64,000 nucleotides of DNA from Utricularia gibba (Eukaryota > Plantae > Magnoliophyta): positions 1,612,001 through 1,676,000 of the forward strand of contig NEEC01000010.1 in assembly GCA_002189035.1 (NCBI GenBank), in the 5' to 3' direction. Below, piece after piece: positions 39,531 through 51,644 of the stretch (position 1 is its first letter; the number at the start of each line of letters is the position of its first letter). A program made the translations under genes and the position numbers. The notes under the pieces were generated by a model. It was not told the DNA's origin and searched no databases. It saw only the letters and a program-made list of their open reading frames with translations.

Positions 39531-40676
39531 CTCAGTTCCCTAAAAAACATAACAAATAAACACCCAGAAAATGCACACATAAAAACCAAGGACCAACAAA
39601 AACTTATTTCAAAAGAAATAAGTATGCTACTGATAATTCAAATCATATCATTCAAAACTAAAACTGAAAGCTTAACTTTAGCTTTTTCTTTAATCCATCA
39701 TCTCCCCTATATTATATCCTCCGCAATGTTTTTTTTTTTTGTCGTTAAACAAGAAATTCTAACACACCATAACTTTTTTTGATGGCTACACATATTTTGA
39801 TATTAGAACAAGAAACCCGCAGGAAGCCATCCCAATTCGGTTCATAATCACGTCATTTCAACAGTTTTCATGCCAGAGCATCGCGAATCAAGGCAAGCTT
39901 TCGGTCTCATGATTCCTCAATCAAGATATCAATATTCATAATCGGATGACGAAAAAGAAATAACTCCCGATTGAGAAAACACCTCCCTGATTCGTCTCAA
40001 TCCCCAAGTCAACCAAGGATCTCATCCATCAGTTTCTTCCCTCAATAAATCACGGTGAACCCACTAGTCACCAAAGAAATCCAAACCAACCCCAAGCACA
40101 GAAACTGGGATAGAAAAATTATTTAACCTTTAATCTTCCGACAAAACTCCAACTCCAATCGAAGGAGTCCACGAGGATCGGGGAATTCAGAAACAAGCAG
40201 ACACCGAACAAAAAGAATCAAACTTTAGACGAGCTTTTTCCAGGTATCCGAATCAACGAAGACAAAAAGAAGCGAAACACCAACAAGATCAGGTTCTCCT
40301 CCGAGTGCGATCCTTAAACATATGGATAAAGATCAACCTGACAGGAGACAAGACAGGTGCAAGGTGGCAACACCACCTTGTCAATCCAGAAGATATTTTA
40401 AGATGTTCACTGGAAGATATTTATTTTTTAAAATTTTATTTTATTATAAAAAATTACGTAACTCAATGCAAAAGGCCGTGATTTGCCGAAGATCAGACAC
40501 GTGACACGTCCTCTGAGGGCAGAGTGGAGATTCGAGCAACTAACAGAAGGAAGAGTCACAGACAGAACAGCATCCATCGATCATCAGCGTTGGTCTTCAC
40601 TACATGCTACCAGATACAACAGAGTTCAGACAAAATAGGGGCATCACGAATTGAGCAATGGAAACCGCCTAGTGTG

Positions 40677-41988
40677 TCACTGAGTAAGAATGGCTACATC
40701 CAAGTAGTCACCGATCTGAACATGCAACGAACGGGTTGGTTAGAACCAAGTTAAAAGGGGTTTGAGAAGTCACTTTGTTCTTAGGAGCCAAGTCATACCT
40801 GAAAGCTAAGTTCACCCAAGGCTTTGCTTCCACTGTCGGGCCGCCTGGGATTTGGGTAAGAGAAGGTCCTTCCCACCTTCATAGAAGAGCCAAAATGAGG
40901 ATCATGTAGGTATGGGAGGACCAGCATTTGCAATTGTTCACGGGAGGAGGTATACCTCTCTAACTACAAAGCGACCACGTTTATCAGGATACACGAACGC
41001 GAAGGACAGAATGGCATCTCTTCTCCTTGCTTCTGGTGCTACCTCTTTTACCTGAAAAAAAAAAAGAAACACCGTACATGTTATGTCATCGACAAGGCTT
41101 CTTCTGTACCCAATGATCGTCCACAGCATAATTTTTCTTGTACAAAAGTTACTGAAGAAAATCCCACAAGGCAGATGTATCTAGGCCAGATATCACGTTA
41201 AGTGTAAAAAGACATTCAAATTCTCATACCAGATCAGTTAACTCGCGTAGAGTTGCATCCATCCATGTGTATATCTGAACCTCATCTTTTGGTTCCTTTC
41301 CTCTCTCCTTAAAATCTTCATCAGCATGATGGCCACCAACCTATTGAGTTGCAGAGGGATCACACCAAAAAGCCTTCTCCATGGAGGGCATTGTTTTTTT
41401 AATATGAAGTCCATACCTTGGTAAACACACGAAGCAAAAGCGGGCATATCTGCAACCAACCAGCCAAAAGTTCAAAACAGAAAAAAAAAAAAAGAGCAAT
41501 AAGACGAACAGAAGTCAGGAATGGAGGGAGGGGTTAAAATTCCTCGAAAACTCTCTACTAAAAGTGGAGACCCCCAAATCGTAATCCTGTATCATCAACA
41601 CCATTTCTGAAGCAGGTGAAGGACTGAGACCATCGCAGTAAGTCATGCCCTAACTGTACCACATTGAACTGAACTGCATAAACCCTAACTCCAATACCCT
41701 ACAAACCTCGAATAACAATAAACCGGCATCCTCAGGAGGAAAAGAGCATCAAAACTCCCAAAAAAGAACCGTAAAAAACAGGGGATGACTCTGTTCGAAT
41801 CAGTTTTCATACAAAACTACCAAAAACCCATGGATCAAAATTTAAAAATATGAGCAAAGAAAAACCTTCTCTCGATCAATAGGTTCAAGGCGCGGCGGAG
41901 GCTTGGCAATGGGAGGCGGCGGGAGGTTTCTTCCCGGTGGTGGCGGCGGCGGCGGACCCCTTGCCGTTCTCCTCTGCACCTCAGCCAT
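40677..41988 (-). CDS. SAP18: Histone deacetylase complex subunit SAP18 (6 exons)
   Basis: PIDREK/ICPLLLRVFTK/VGGHH...EVQIYTWMDATLRELTDL/VKEVAPEARRR...FAFVYPDKRGRF/...FQ/IGDYLDVAI. Confidence 0.95.
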
Positions 41989-42823
41989 GCCTTTTTCCTG
42001 ATTAAGGGCTGTGCACGTCTTTGAACTGAAGCAGTGATAACCGTTGGATTTAGATTGTTGGCCCAATTTTTAGCCCATTACAAGCGGAGCCCATAACTCT
42101 GAGCACAAAAACCCATAAACGCATACTTACAAAAACTGATTCATTTCCAGTGAACTAACTAAAACTAAGAAATTTCACCCTAATGAAATTCTTGGGCTTA
42201 CATTTTTCCAACTAGCTAGCTATAAAATTTAATAATATATTTAATTTATTTTTATTTGAATAAATGCGTTATATATTTAAAATTAAAAAGTGTATTTGAT
42301 ATATAGAATTTTAAACTCGCTTGCTTGACTAAGAAAACTCCCAGAAGCAAGAGTTTTGATAAACATAGTTAAATGAATTACATAAATATTTTACAAATTA
42401 CATACATATTAAAAAACACATTCATGAAATCGACTCAATCTTCAACATATGCATATTTGAAGTAGAGAAAATTCATGTTTGGTAAAGAAAATTCAAGTTT
42501 ACTTCTTTATAAGTAAAAGGTTTATAAATTGTTGAGCAGATACACAATTGGTTATAGATGAGAGATATTATATATTTAAATAAAATAATTCTCATCATTT
42601 TGTACTATTTTTTTTAAATGAAAAAACTTGAAATGATGAGAATTGAATATCCAAATTCCCAGTAGGGAGATGCGACTGGCTTGGTTTGCACCAGCTGATA
42701 CTGAACTCAAATGCGAAAGGAACTAAGCTTGCTCCATCCCTATACTTTACTGTTGTTACCCATTCGCTAAGGAAATGGAAGGGTGAAGTTCCCTCCATTC
42801 GCTTCACCATCGAACTGCGCCGT

Positions 42824-44725
42824 CTAAGCGCCGCCGTAGTATGCCGGCGGCCACACCGCCGCGCTGCCACCGTCGTCGATGTACGATAAGCAAGACAATG
42901 GAACCAGGCTCAGCCCCCGGCTTCTCAGATCTCGCTTCCTTTCCTGGTCTTCCGTATCCTGAACTGCCCAACATTTAGCGAAGCGGATGGACGGAGAAGC
43001 AACAAAAAGAACCTGTAGAAACAAGAACTCACATGGTGTTTGGTTGCGCGGGTGGGTTTGGTCATGTAGGGGACGCTCAGTGTCTGGGGCAAGGATACAA
43101 AATGAGCATTTTTCAGTGGTGAGATTAGAATATTCGAAAATTCAGGGGTCTTTTCGCAAAATATGGGAACAAATACCAAGGGGAATGTTATTTTGGGAAA
43201 TGTGAGGGTTACCTCAACTTGGTTCTGAAGGAATTTGATGTATCGAATGGCCTCCATCAGTACGGACGCTGTGTCTGTCTGAATTACCATACCAAACTTA
43301 CATGGTTTTTTTGTATTGTTATGCCCAAATAGTAACCATGAATTTCATACACTTTACACTATTGGAAGTTGTAAAAACTTCGGACAGAAGAAACGTTTTC
43401 AAAGTATATAGTTTAGTGATTTCAAGTAGATGTACCTTGCCAAAAGGAGATACCAGCTGCTGCAGTGCAGCGATTCTATTTCCTAACTTCTCTTTTCTAA
43501 CCTGATTCATATGATCATTTCATTAATCAGAATGCAGTGATCAGAGAGTGCATTTGCTTGCTGATCCAAGATTTGGATACACACCTTCAATGGAGGGCAA
43601 GAGGAGCGGTGTTCTAAGCGGGGTTTCTTGAAAGTGTTGGAATTATTCAAAGCTTCAGCTGCTGCTTCATGTGTTGATGCAGATACCTTTCAGAGAGCAA
43701 AGCTAAGTTGCAGGTGGATGAACTAACATGGTTGTTCAGAGAGGACACATAAAAAAATAAAGGGAAAAAGAGTCGTATAAGGCAAAAAGCTGAAATAGGG
43801 TTTGAAAGGAGAAAAGAGAAAAGCATCTTTCTCGTAAAGGGAATAAGGCACAGACAGATAATTAAAAGAACAAAGAAAAGCATTTCTATCATCAAATCTG
43901 TATACATGAACGAAGAAGAAGGGCTAGTGGTACATACCAACAAATGCTTTTACTGCTTACAAGTCTTGTTTTTTTCTATATAAAAATTATAATTCTCCAT
44001 TTCTAAGCATGCGAAAAAAAATGAAAAAAAACACTTGCTGTATACCAAAAGAACTGCAATAGAAACAACCATGACGTGTTCTTACAAACCATATTTGCTT
44101 TTAGTACTAACCTTGAATGGAGTGGACAATGATGCGGGAACGTAACTGAATCCATCTCCAGATATTCCGATTTGAAACTGGGTAGAATCATGGGCAAAGA
44201 TCCTGGTAAATTTCGGACATGCCAGGGAATCTAGAGCTTCTAGATTCATATTGTCGAAGGATTGTGGTGTTTCAGCTGCCATTTCATGATGAAAACAGTG
44301 GATGTTAGCTTGAGAAAACTGCATCTTGCTCAAGGGATTTTCTGGGAATTCGTCTTTTCCCCGTAGCGTGTTGGGATGAGCAATCGCAAGCGTGTCGGTG
44401 TCGGTGTCGGTGTCGGCCCACTGAAAGCTCAAGTCTTGTGCCATGGAAGGCTGTTCAACTTGAAAGCAATGGAAACCATTTGTGTCCCTGCGAAGGATGA
44501 TTAAAAAAGCCTAATATTCCTAATCAATCCTCTCTTTTTTTCTGAGGTCTCAAGCTAGAATCCTACAACTGTGTGGTGTGTGCACGTTGTGCTTTTTCAG
44601 ACTTACAAGATGGAGTAATTGGCTGCGCTCCAAGCATGAAAACTTGAACCTAATCCATACCAAGGCGAAGCAGAAGATGAAGAGCAAGAAGAAGAAAGGT
44701 GGTGTCCATTTGCAGCAGACTCCAT
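42824..44725 (-). CDS. bHLH transcription factor, subfamily X (bHLH110-like)
   Basis: Start MESAANGHH at 44725. KKPRLEHRSSCPPLK/VRKEKLGNRIAALQQLVSPFGK/TDTASVLMEAIRYIKFLQNQVE/TLSVPYM...DLRSRGLSLVPLSC. Confidence 0.9.
44393..44416 (+). repeat. (TGTCGG)4 exonic hexamer repeat encoding DTDTDTDT
   Basis: Four perfect tandem copies. Confidence 0.9.
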
Positions 44726-46329
44726 GAAAACCAGAAGAGAGAACAATCCCCCACTCTTTTTCTCCTTCCCCCAACTTTTATATCAAAAGCCCAACACTTA
44801 ACCATGAATCTGAGCACACACACACAAGGGAGAAGAGAAATCGAAGTAGAAAGAAAGCAAGGGCGTGGAAAGAGAGGATATAAGCCATGAGCTCTCTTTA
44901 TACTTCCCACATGCCTTTGCAGACTTTATAGTATTTTGATTTTTGGTATACTATCCAGTGGAGGAACAGTACAAACAAGGTTTGGGGGTCATATTTCCAT
45001 TTGGTGCTTACCATGATGCATCTTACATCGATTCTCTAACACATAATCCATTCTCCATCATGAGTTTCCATGAAACCCTAACATCAGAATCTCCAAAAGG
45101 TTGCATGTATCCTACTCCCAAGCCTCCTAAACGATGGAGTAGTACACCTGACATGAACTTCGAGGTTGTAGATTGATTAATGGATGTACTGATTGCAAAA
45201 AAGACAACGACCCATTTCGGGAAAACCAAAAAATGAGGATGTGAAAAGTAGAAGCAGATAGAATTCAATGATCTAGGCTCTCTCCTTCACATTGTTGCAG
45301 TCAAATGTGTTCATGAATGTGAATATGAAGCGACCTCAGAGACCAGAGACTTATGTGTTGAAATTCAGGATCCGATAGTTTGAATGAGTGTATACGTGAA
45401 GTTCAAATATACAATTAATATGAATCACAATAAAAAATATTATGTATAATCAATTAATTGTGATATATAATTTTTTATATACTTGATTATTTCATTTTCA
45501 TTTTAGATGTGATATTATGTATTATAACATTATATAGGCATGCATTTGGATGGGACGTGCATGAGTGAACCTCTTTGGGGAGAACCCATCTGAGTTCCGT
45601 AGCAGCGGTGCCCGATGGGTGTTCATGCCCAGGCTGCATGAGGTCCAGTTGGGGGGGCCCAATGACGTCAAAATAACCTCGACATGACATCATTCATAAT
45701 TTTCTTTTCTTTTTTTAACAAAAAAGTACACTAGCAAATGACTCCATTATGATTTATAGCTGAAAAATCCATGTTTCAAACCAACAATTTCTATCAATCA
45801 TGATAAACTATTTTTTTCCGTGATTGTCTTATCACGTTTCGTTATTGTTAGCCAAAAACTTGTACAATCATATATTATACTATGCCAATTTAGAAAAATT
45901 GGTGGAGGGAATTAGAGAATCATAATAAAAGAAATTTAAGAAATTAAATAAGAATTTATTTTTATCAGTAAATTACATATTTATGTATATTTATTAGTAA
46001 TCATATTTGATAAATTTATTTAATTAAAACATATTATACAATATCATTATTCATCGAAACTTAACTAATATTATCAAATTAGTATTTATTATAAAAATGA
46101 ATTAATTTTAATTATACATTAATAAATAGATATGACAATAAAATTATTTATTAAAATAAATTATTAAAAAATTATATATAAAAATCTATATATTTATACT
46201 TTTCAGAGAATTAAATAAATTCTCAAAAATCGATTCTCATAAAAAAATTTGATATATATTTAAAAGATATAATCAATTCTACGAGAATATAATTGAATTT
46301 AGTAAAATGAAAGTAATTTAAGTTCACCT

Positions 46330-46590
46330 AAAACATTCGTTGGTAGGACGGACACACACCATACGTGACTCCACTACACCCTCCGACTGACGGTCCCACG
46401 TAGACACTCTTAAGAAATCGGGCCTTGGAACTCACAGCCCTCGGCACGTACATTAGCGGCAACTTGTACGGACTCCTATTGGAGATCACGTGGGGCGGTA
46501 AGAAACGACCATGGGCCGCCGCATCCCAAAACGATGGGCCGGTTGGGGCCCATAAACGTAGAGCTCTGCTCAGCTCCCAGTAATATCCTG
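46330..46590. promoter_or_regulatory. GC-rich cis-element island with five ACGT cores and three GGGCC (site II/TCP-type) motifs
   Basis: ACGT at 46363, 46398, 46446, 46488 (CACGTG) and 46556, embedded in very AT-rich flanks. Confidence 0.5.
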
Positions 46591-47980
46591 GAATATCCAA
46601 TATTTATAGAATTATTTTATACTGGTCGCCCTATCATGAGCATTTGGAACACACAGACGTCAATAATGACCATTTTCCCCAATAAATATACATAAAAAAT
46701 CGGAAAAAGAATAATTTAATCAGAAAAAAAACAGCAAATTGTGTGAGTTGTTGAATCAGGACAAACCTATCAATTCCCTCGCGGGTGTATTGGATAACAA
46801 CATTTATTGCCCAATGCTTTTGTGGTAGTGACTCCTCCATACGTCATGGCTTACTATTTGTCTCTTCTTAATACCGCACACAATTATTTCGTGCTCCCGA
46901 TGTGTGTTGTCGGGATGCTGAATTTTATATTTGATGTAAAAATCGAATTTTTGGAAATATTTTATTTTGGAAAAAAGCCGAAATCAGAAATGTGGACTAA
47001 TCTGTCCATCCACTCAGTTTCATCTATTTTAATCAGGGGTAGTCATGTAATTGACCGTGTTATGGAGCATTGTGTTTACAGAATTAGGATACAAATTTTG
47101 GATTTAGATAAAGACGATGTAATGTGATATGGAGCATTGTGTTTAGAATTACGAATTCCCTAATTACATTTACTAAAAGAGGCTCGACTGAAAGGAACGA
47201 AGTGATCAACCGGGTTTAAACAGCTCTTCAATTATGGGTGTGAATTTGGGAAATCACTAACCCTAGGGTTAGGTTAACACGTGGATGCGTACGAGGGTTG
47301 AGTCGGGGGAACGGGGCACCAATGACGTCACGCCACGTATCAATTACCCGAGGGAGACAATCAAGCGGTCACGCCGGAGAGGAATTCATGACACCATCAA
47401 CATGTACCATGTCTTGATCATAACATGTCCAAATTCCATGTACCTAACTCCTATAAGGATAGACTCTATTTCCGATCCTTTCTTAAATATTTATTATTTT
47501 CATTGTCACGCCATGTCAATAATTTAAAAAATAAAAAAATCGTACATAATTATTATAAAAATAATTCAATAATGATTTTTTAAACGTTGATGATATATGC
47601 AATTAGTGTAGATCCATGTCTCCCCAGTGGTAGCGACGGGGAGGGTAATGTTGTAATTTCTTGGTCCTATTAATTAAATTGAAATATCTGAGATGCTTCT
47701 CGTGTGCCACGGGTCCCACCGGGTTGCTGACCTCATTCTCCACCTTCTTCTTCTTCTTCAGCCCTGCCCACAGATTCCCCATCCCACATCCATAAATCTC
47801 CCCCTTCCGGATCCTCAAATCCCCTTCCTTCTTTTCTCGCAACTTTATGCTTGCTCTCTGATTCGTTGCTTTTGTTTGTTTCGATCTTCTGTCTGGTTTC
47901 TGGGCTTTCCCACAGGGTATTTGGGTTGCGAATAATCAATCGTCTTCAGCGTAACTTGTGTTGGTGTGTTTGAGAAACAG

Positions 47981-48022
47981 ATGGTTTTTTCGGTTTCTGC
48001 AGATCCATGTCTCAACTTTTGA
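47981..48022 (+). CDS. Short uORF1 (13 aa) overlapping the start of the SIRT uORF
   Basis: ATG GTT TTT TCG ... TTT TGA, out of frame with and overlapping the uORF at 48007. Confidence 0.5.
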   Translation: MVFSVSADPCLNF

Positions 48023-48126
48023 CGGAACTTGCTTGTATGATCATCGACTCTTCCCTCCGTCGTAGAACCCACCTTGTTCACTCCTTCTCAGTTGTTTTTC
48101 TTTACTGGTTCTACGTTATCTCATAA
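48007..48126 (+). CDS. Conserved peptide uORF of S1-bZIPs (sucrose-induced repression of translation, SIRT), 39 aa
   Basis: MSQLLTELACMIIDSSLRRRTHLVHSFSVVFLYWFYVIS*. The C-terminus matches the known RRRTHLVQSFSVVFLYW motif. Too short for the supplied ORF track. Confidence 0.95.
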   Translation: MSQLLTELACMIIDSSLRRRTHLVHSFSVVFLYWFYVIS

Positions 48127-48232
48127 GGGGCGTTCCCGGAAAGAAAAGAAAGGTACCCCATTTCGTTGATTTTGATTTATATATCGAGGAAAGTTGCGTT
48201 TTGGTAACTGGGTATCTCGATTTCCCGGCGAA

Positions 48233-48720
48233 ATGGCGTCCCCGGCTGGGAATTCCTCGGTTTCGGGTACTGGGTCGGAGGGGGATCTGATGGATCAGCG
48301 AAAGCGGAAGCGGATGGAGTCCAATCGGGAATCCGCACGGCGGTCGAGGCTGCGCAAGCAGAAGCACTCGACGATCTGACGGCGGAGGCGGCAGAGCTAC
48401 GGAAGGAGAACGCACAGATGTCGCGCGCCGTGGATCTGACGAAGGAGCGCTACATCCGCATGGAGGCAGAGAATTCGGTATTACGAGCGCAGATGAATGT
48501 GCTGACGCAGAGTCTAGACTATCTCAACGGAGTCCTGACCTCCGTCAACAACCAGCACCACTACGGCGGCGCGTGCAACTTGGAATCAGAGGAGTTACAC
48601 ATGGGCCTCTCCGAGGGGCTCTTCTCCAGCGGTGGGATGTGGAACTCCAACAGCGGCGGCGCCGGCAGCAGCCAGCAGTTCCCGATCATGGCGGCCGCGG
48701 AAATGATGTTCGATTATTGA
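48233..48720 (+). CDS. S1-group bZIP transcription factor (bZIP11/44/2/53 class), single exon, apparent -1 frameshift at about 48367
   Basis: MASPAGNSS...DQRKRKRMESNRESARRSRLRKQKH, then in the -1 frame (L)DDLTAEAAELRKEN...MEAENSVLRAQMNVL...QQFPIMAAAEMMFDY*. Confidence 0.88.
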
Positions 48721-49944
48721 GTAAAAGCCGTAGGAACTACGAACTAGGGATTCCACACATGATTCCTTGCTTAATCGTCTCGTAATCTCCTTCCTTCTCC
48801 ACCGATTTCTTGAATAAATGATGAAATATCGTCCCCATAAAATACTTTAACCATCAATTTCTTTATTATATTTTTTAATTTTAAATCATAATTCAACTCC
48901 GTTGGTTGGTGCGCGCGCCACTTGGGCTTTTGTGGGGTAGCACTTATCTGATTAATCTTTTTTTTTATTTGAAACATTTAATACCAAATCAAACAGATTC
49001 GTGACATCAACGGAACCGAATTATGAATCAATGAGGTATAATTGTTTCACCCCATCTCTAAAAAACGCCTTCAATCAAAATTTTTAATTTAGTGATGAAT
49101 TCCATTTGAATCTTTTTTTTTTATGAATAAGCGATATTTTATTTTTTTATTAAAAATATTAAATTGTGATTGATTGAATCGTAATTGATAATGAACAATG
49201 GTTTTTTTCTACTTTAGAATCATTTGAATTGAATGATTTCAGTATTCAAATTATTTAATTATAATTAAATTATGAAGTTTGTGTATCTGAAATAAATACT
49301 ATTATACATAAGAACATGAATCGTTATATTTGATATCAAAATCAAATTAAATGCATACAAATGCTAAAATAAGAAGACATTGGACGATGAGTATCTAAAA
49401 ATAAGAAAATACAAAATTGTAAGTCATATGATATTCATATTGGTTTCAGATGGAATTAATTTTTTTTTAAAGATAGCATTTGAATTCAATAATTTTTAAT
49501 TATATTTTAAAACGTTTGAAAAATAAACCTCATTCTTTAATTTAATCATAGGCTTAAATTCAACTAAACCTATGATTTTAAAACACGACTTCATTATTTT
49601 TTTTAAAAAAATTGAATAATTATTGAATCTTGTCCAAATTTGAAGTCCTAAACCCCTTTTTGTGTTTTTGAAAATCTGAATCCTAAAAATTGTTGTCTAT
49701 GCTGTGATGTCCAAAACGAATATCGATCAATCAACGATTCGATTCATCATCTGTTACTTGGACAGCCCTAGTTTCATGTCTGCATGAAATTCACCTTGTC
49801 CAATCCAACCATTCAGTGAAATGTATAATGCAGCATGTGTAAGAAGATCCATTTTTGTACACAGCGTCACCAGACTATACCACAAGACCCCAATGCTTAT
49901 CCCCTATGTGCTACACAGATGCTACTTACTGATCGGAGGGTGTG

Positions 49945-51644
49945 CTAAGGTTCATCTGGCCGGAATGAGAATTGGCTCCAGGGAGCAGGATGGTTTTGTT
50001 CTGCGGTGGCTGATGTCAGGGATGGCTCTTTCTCGTTGTTCTGCAGCCCCAAGTGGAGAGAAACAGAGTCTCTTTTTACCCTTTTGCTTGTACTCACTGC
50101 CTCTGCCATCAGACCATCCTCCCTGTCGTGAAACAGTTCATGATTCTTTGTTGTCGTTTCTGGTGGGGATTTTGGTTGTTTGCCCTCGTCACCGAATCCT
50201 CCCTGTAGATGTCCTCGATCATCGGCTTCCAAAGCCGAACACGGGCGTTGATAAACCAGTTCGCCACCTGATGTAATGAGCAAATGAGAGAATGGAGAAA
50301 GGATGCGAACCAGGAGAGGGATATAAGGTGGAATAAATGCTCACCTGGCCACGAGACAATCCTGCTCTTGTTGCAAGGACGAGTTTTTCTGCGTCCGTGG
50401 GGTATCTGTGAAGAGATCAGAGTAACCATGATTGGTCTCCTGATGATAAAGAACACATCCCAATGACAGATGTTGAGAAAGAGCATACATACGGGTGAAG
50501 AAAATGCTCGAAAAGCCAGGCACGGAGGATGGAGATGGCAGTCTCCGGGAGACTTCTTTGTGGTCTCCAAGGACGTCTCATGACACCCAAATGCTGGATC
50601 GCCTGTTGGTTGCGGAGCTGCTCGTCTACACGGCGAAGGCGTGGCAATGTTCCTGAGCTGGTAGCATTCTCGTCCTGCTTCCCCATGCTTCTTTCACTTG
50701 CTTGGATTTGCCTCTTGATTGCATCCTGGAGTCTTCGAAACTGGCGTGACATTGTCTTGAGTGTGATTGTCGTGTATGGAAATGCAGCTCCAGGGCCAGC
50801 TACCATTTCAAATGAAGAAACTGCCAACCGCAGCTGATTGCAGTAGAGCTTGTAGCGCCTCTCCACCTGCAAGAAAATCAGGGGAACTTCAGAAACCTTG
50901 TTGCATAACTGAACAATATTTTAGCTGCAGACTCACCTCACCTAGCATGGAGGAAAGCTTTGCCAGCTTATCCTGCAAATCATGGAGTTTCTCTTTGGTG
51001 GATTCCGGAGGCTCCTCGGAACCCCGGCCACGAATCGCATCCATCCACAAGGAGCCATCTTGAGCAGCTACATTAGCATTCCTGAGCTTTCCAAGCGGTG
51101 CCATCAGATGCTGGACATTCACCAGCTCATGGAGCAAATCTTGAGCCGCTTTGATGTACTTGGAGTTGCAAAACACATCTGCATACGCCAATCCCTCATT
51201 CAGAACTGGCATAAAGCTGGGGTCATTTGAGCCAACCATGGAATCAACACATGTCTTGGCAGAACTAAAAGGCAGGAATTGAGCATTTTTCATATGCTCG
51301 TTCTGAGAAAGTTGCTGAATCCCCAACTGCATGTCCTGATGGATGAATGAACACAGACTGGAGTTCGAGTAGTTGTTAGAATCCGGAAATGGTTCTTGAG
51401 TTCCCAAGCTGAGGGACAGTCCATGGTGCTGCGAAATTGGCTCAGAACAGCGGGCTTCCTTAGAAGGAATAAACAGCATCACATCCCTTGTTCCACCTTC
51501 AGATGCTATGAATTCCTGTGCTGAAACAGAGTCGCTGGACAGCAAATTCTGATACAACAAAGAATCCGAAGCCTGGTTTGAGTATCCCTCGGTGTTGCCG
51601 AGGCCAGCAAGTTTCTGATCCACCAAGTATGTTGAAGGAAGCAT
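49945..51644 (-). CDS. BEL1-like homeodomain (TALE) protein; exons 51644-50937, 50866-50493, 50405-50345, 50267-49945; apparent -1 frameshift at about 50196
   Basis: SKY box ([15 protein letters not shown]), BELL domain ([19 protein letters not shown]), homeodomain ([28 protein letters not shown]...[17 protein letters not shown]), and VSLHLGL in the -1 frame. Confidence 0.9.

Noticed and set aside
45570-45630. miR395-like word TTTGGGGGAGAAC with a weak hairpin
   Set aside because: Too many differences from CTGAAGTGTTTGGGGGAACTC and no proper star arm.
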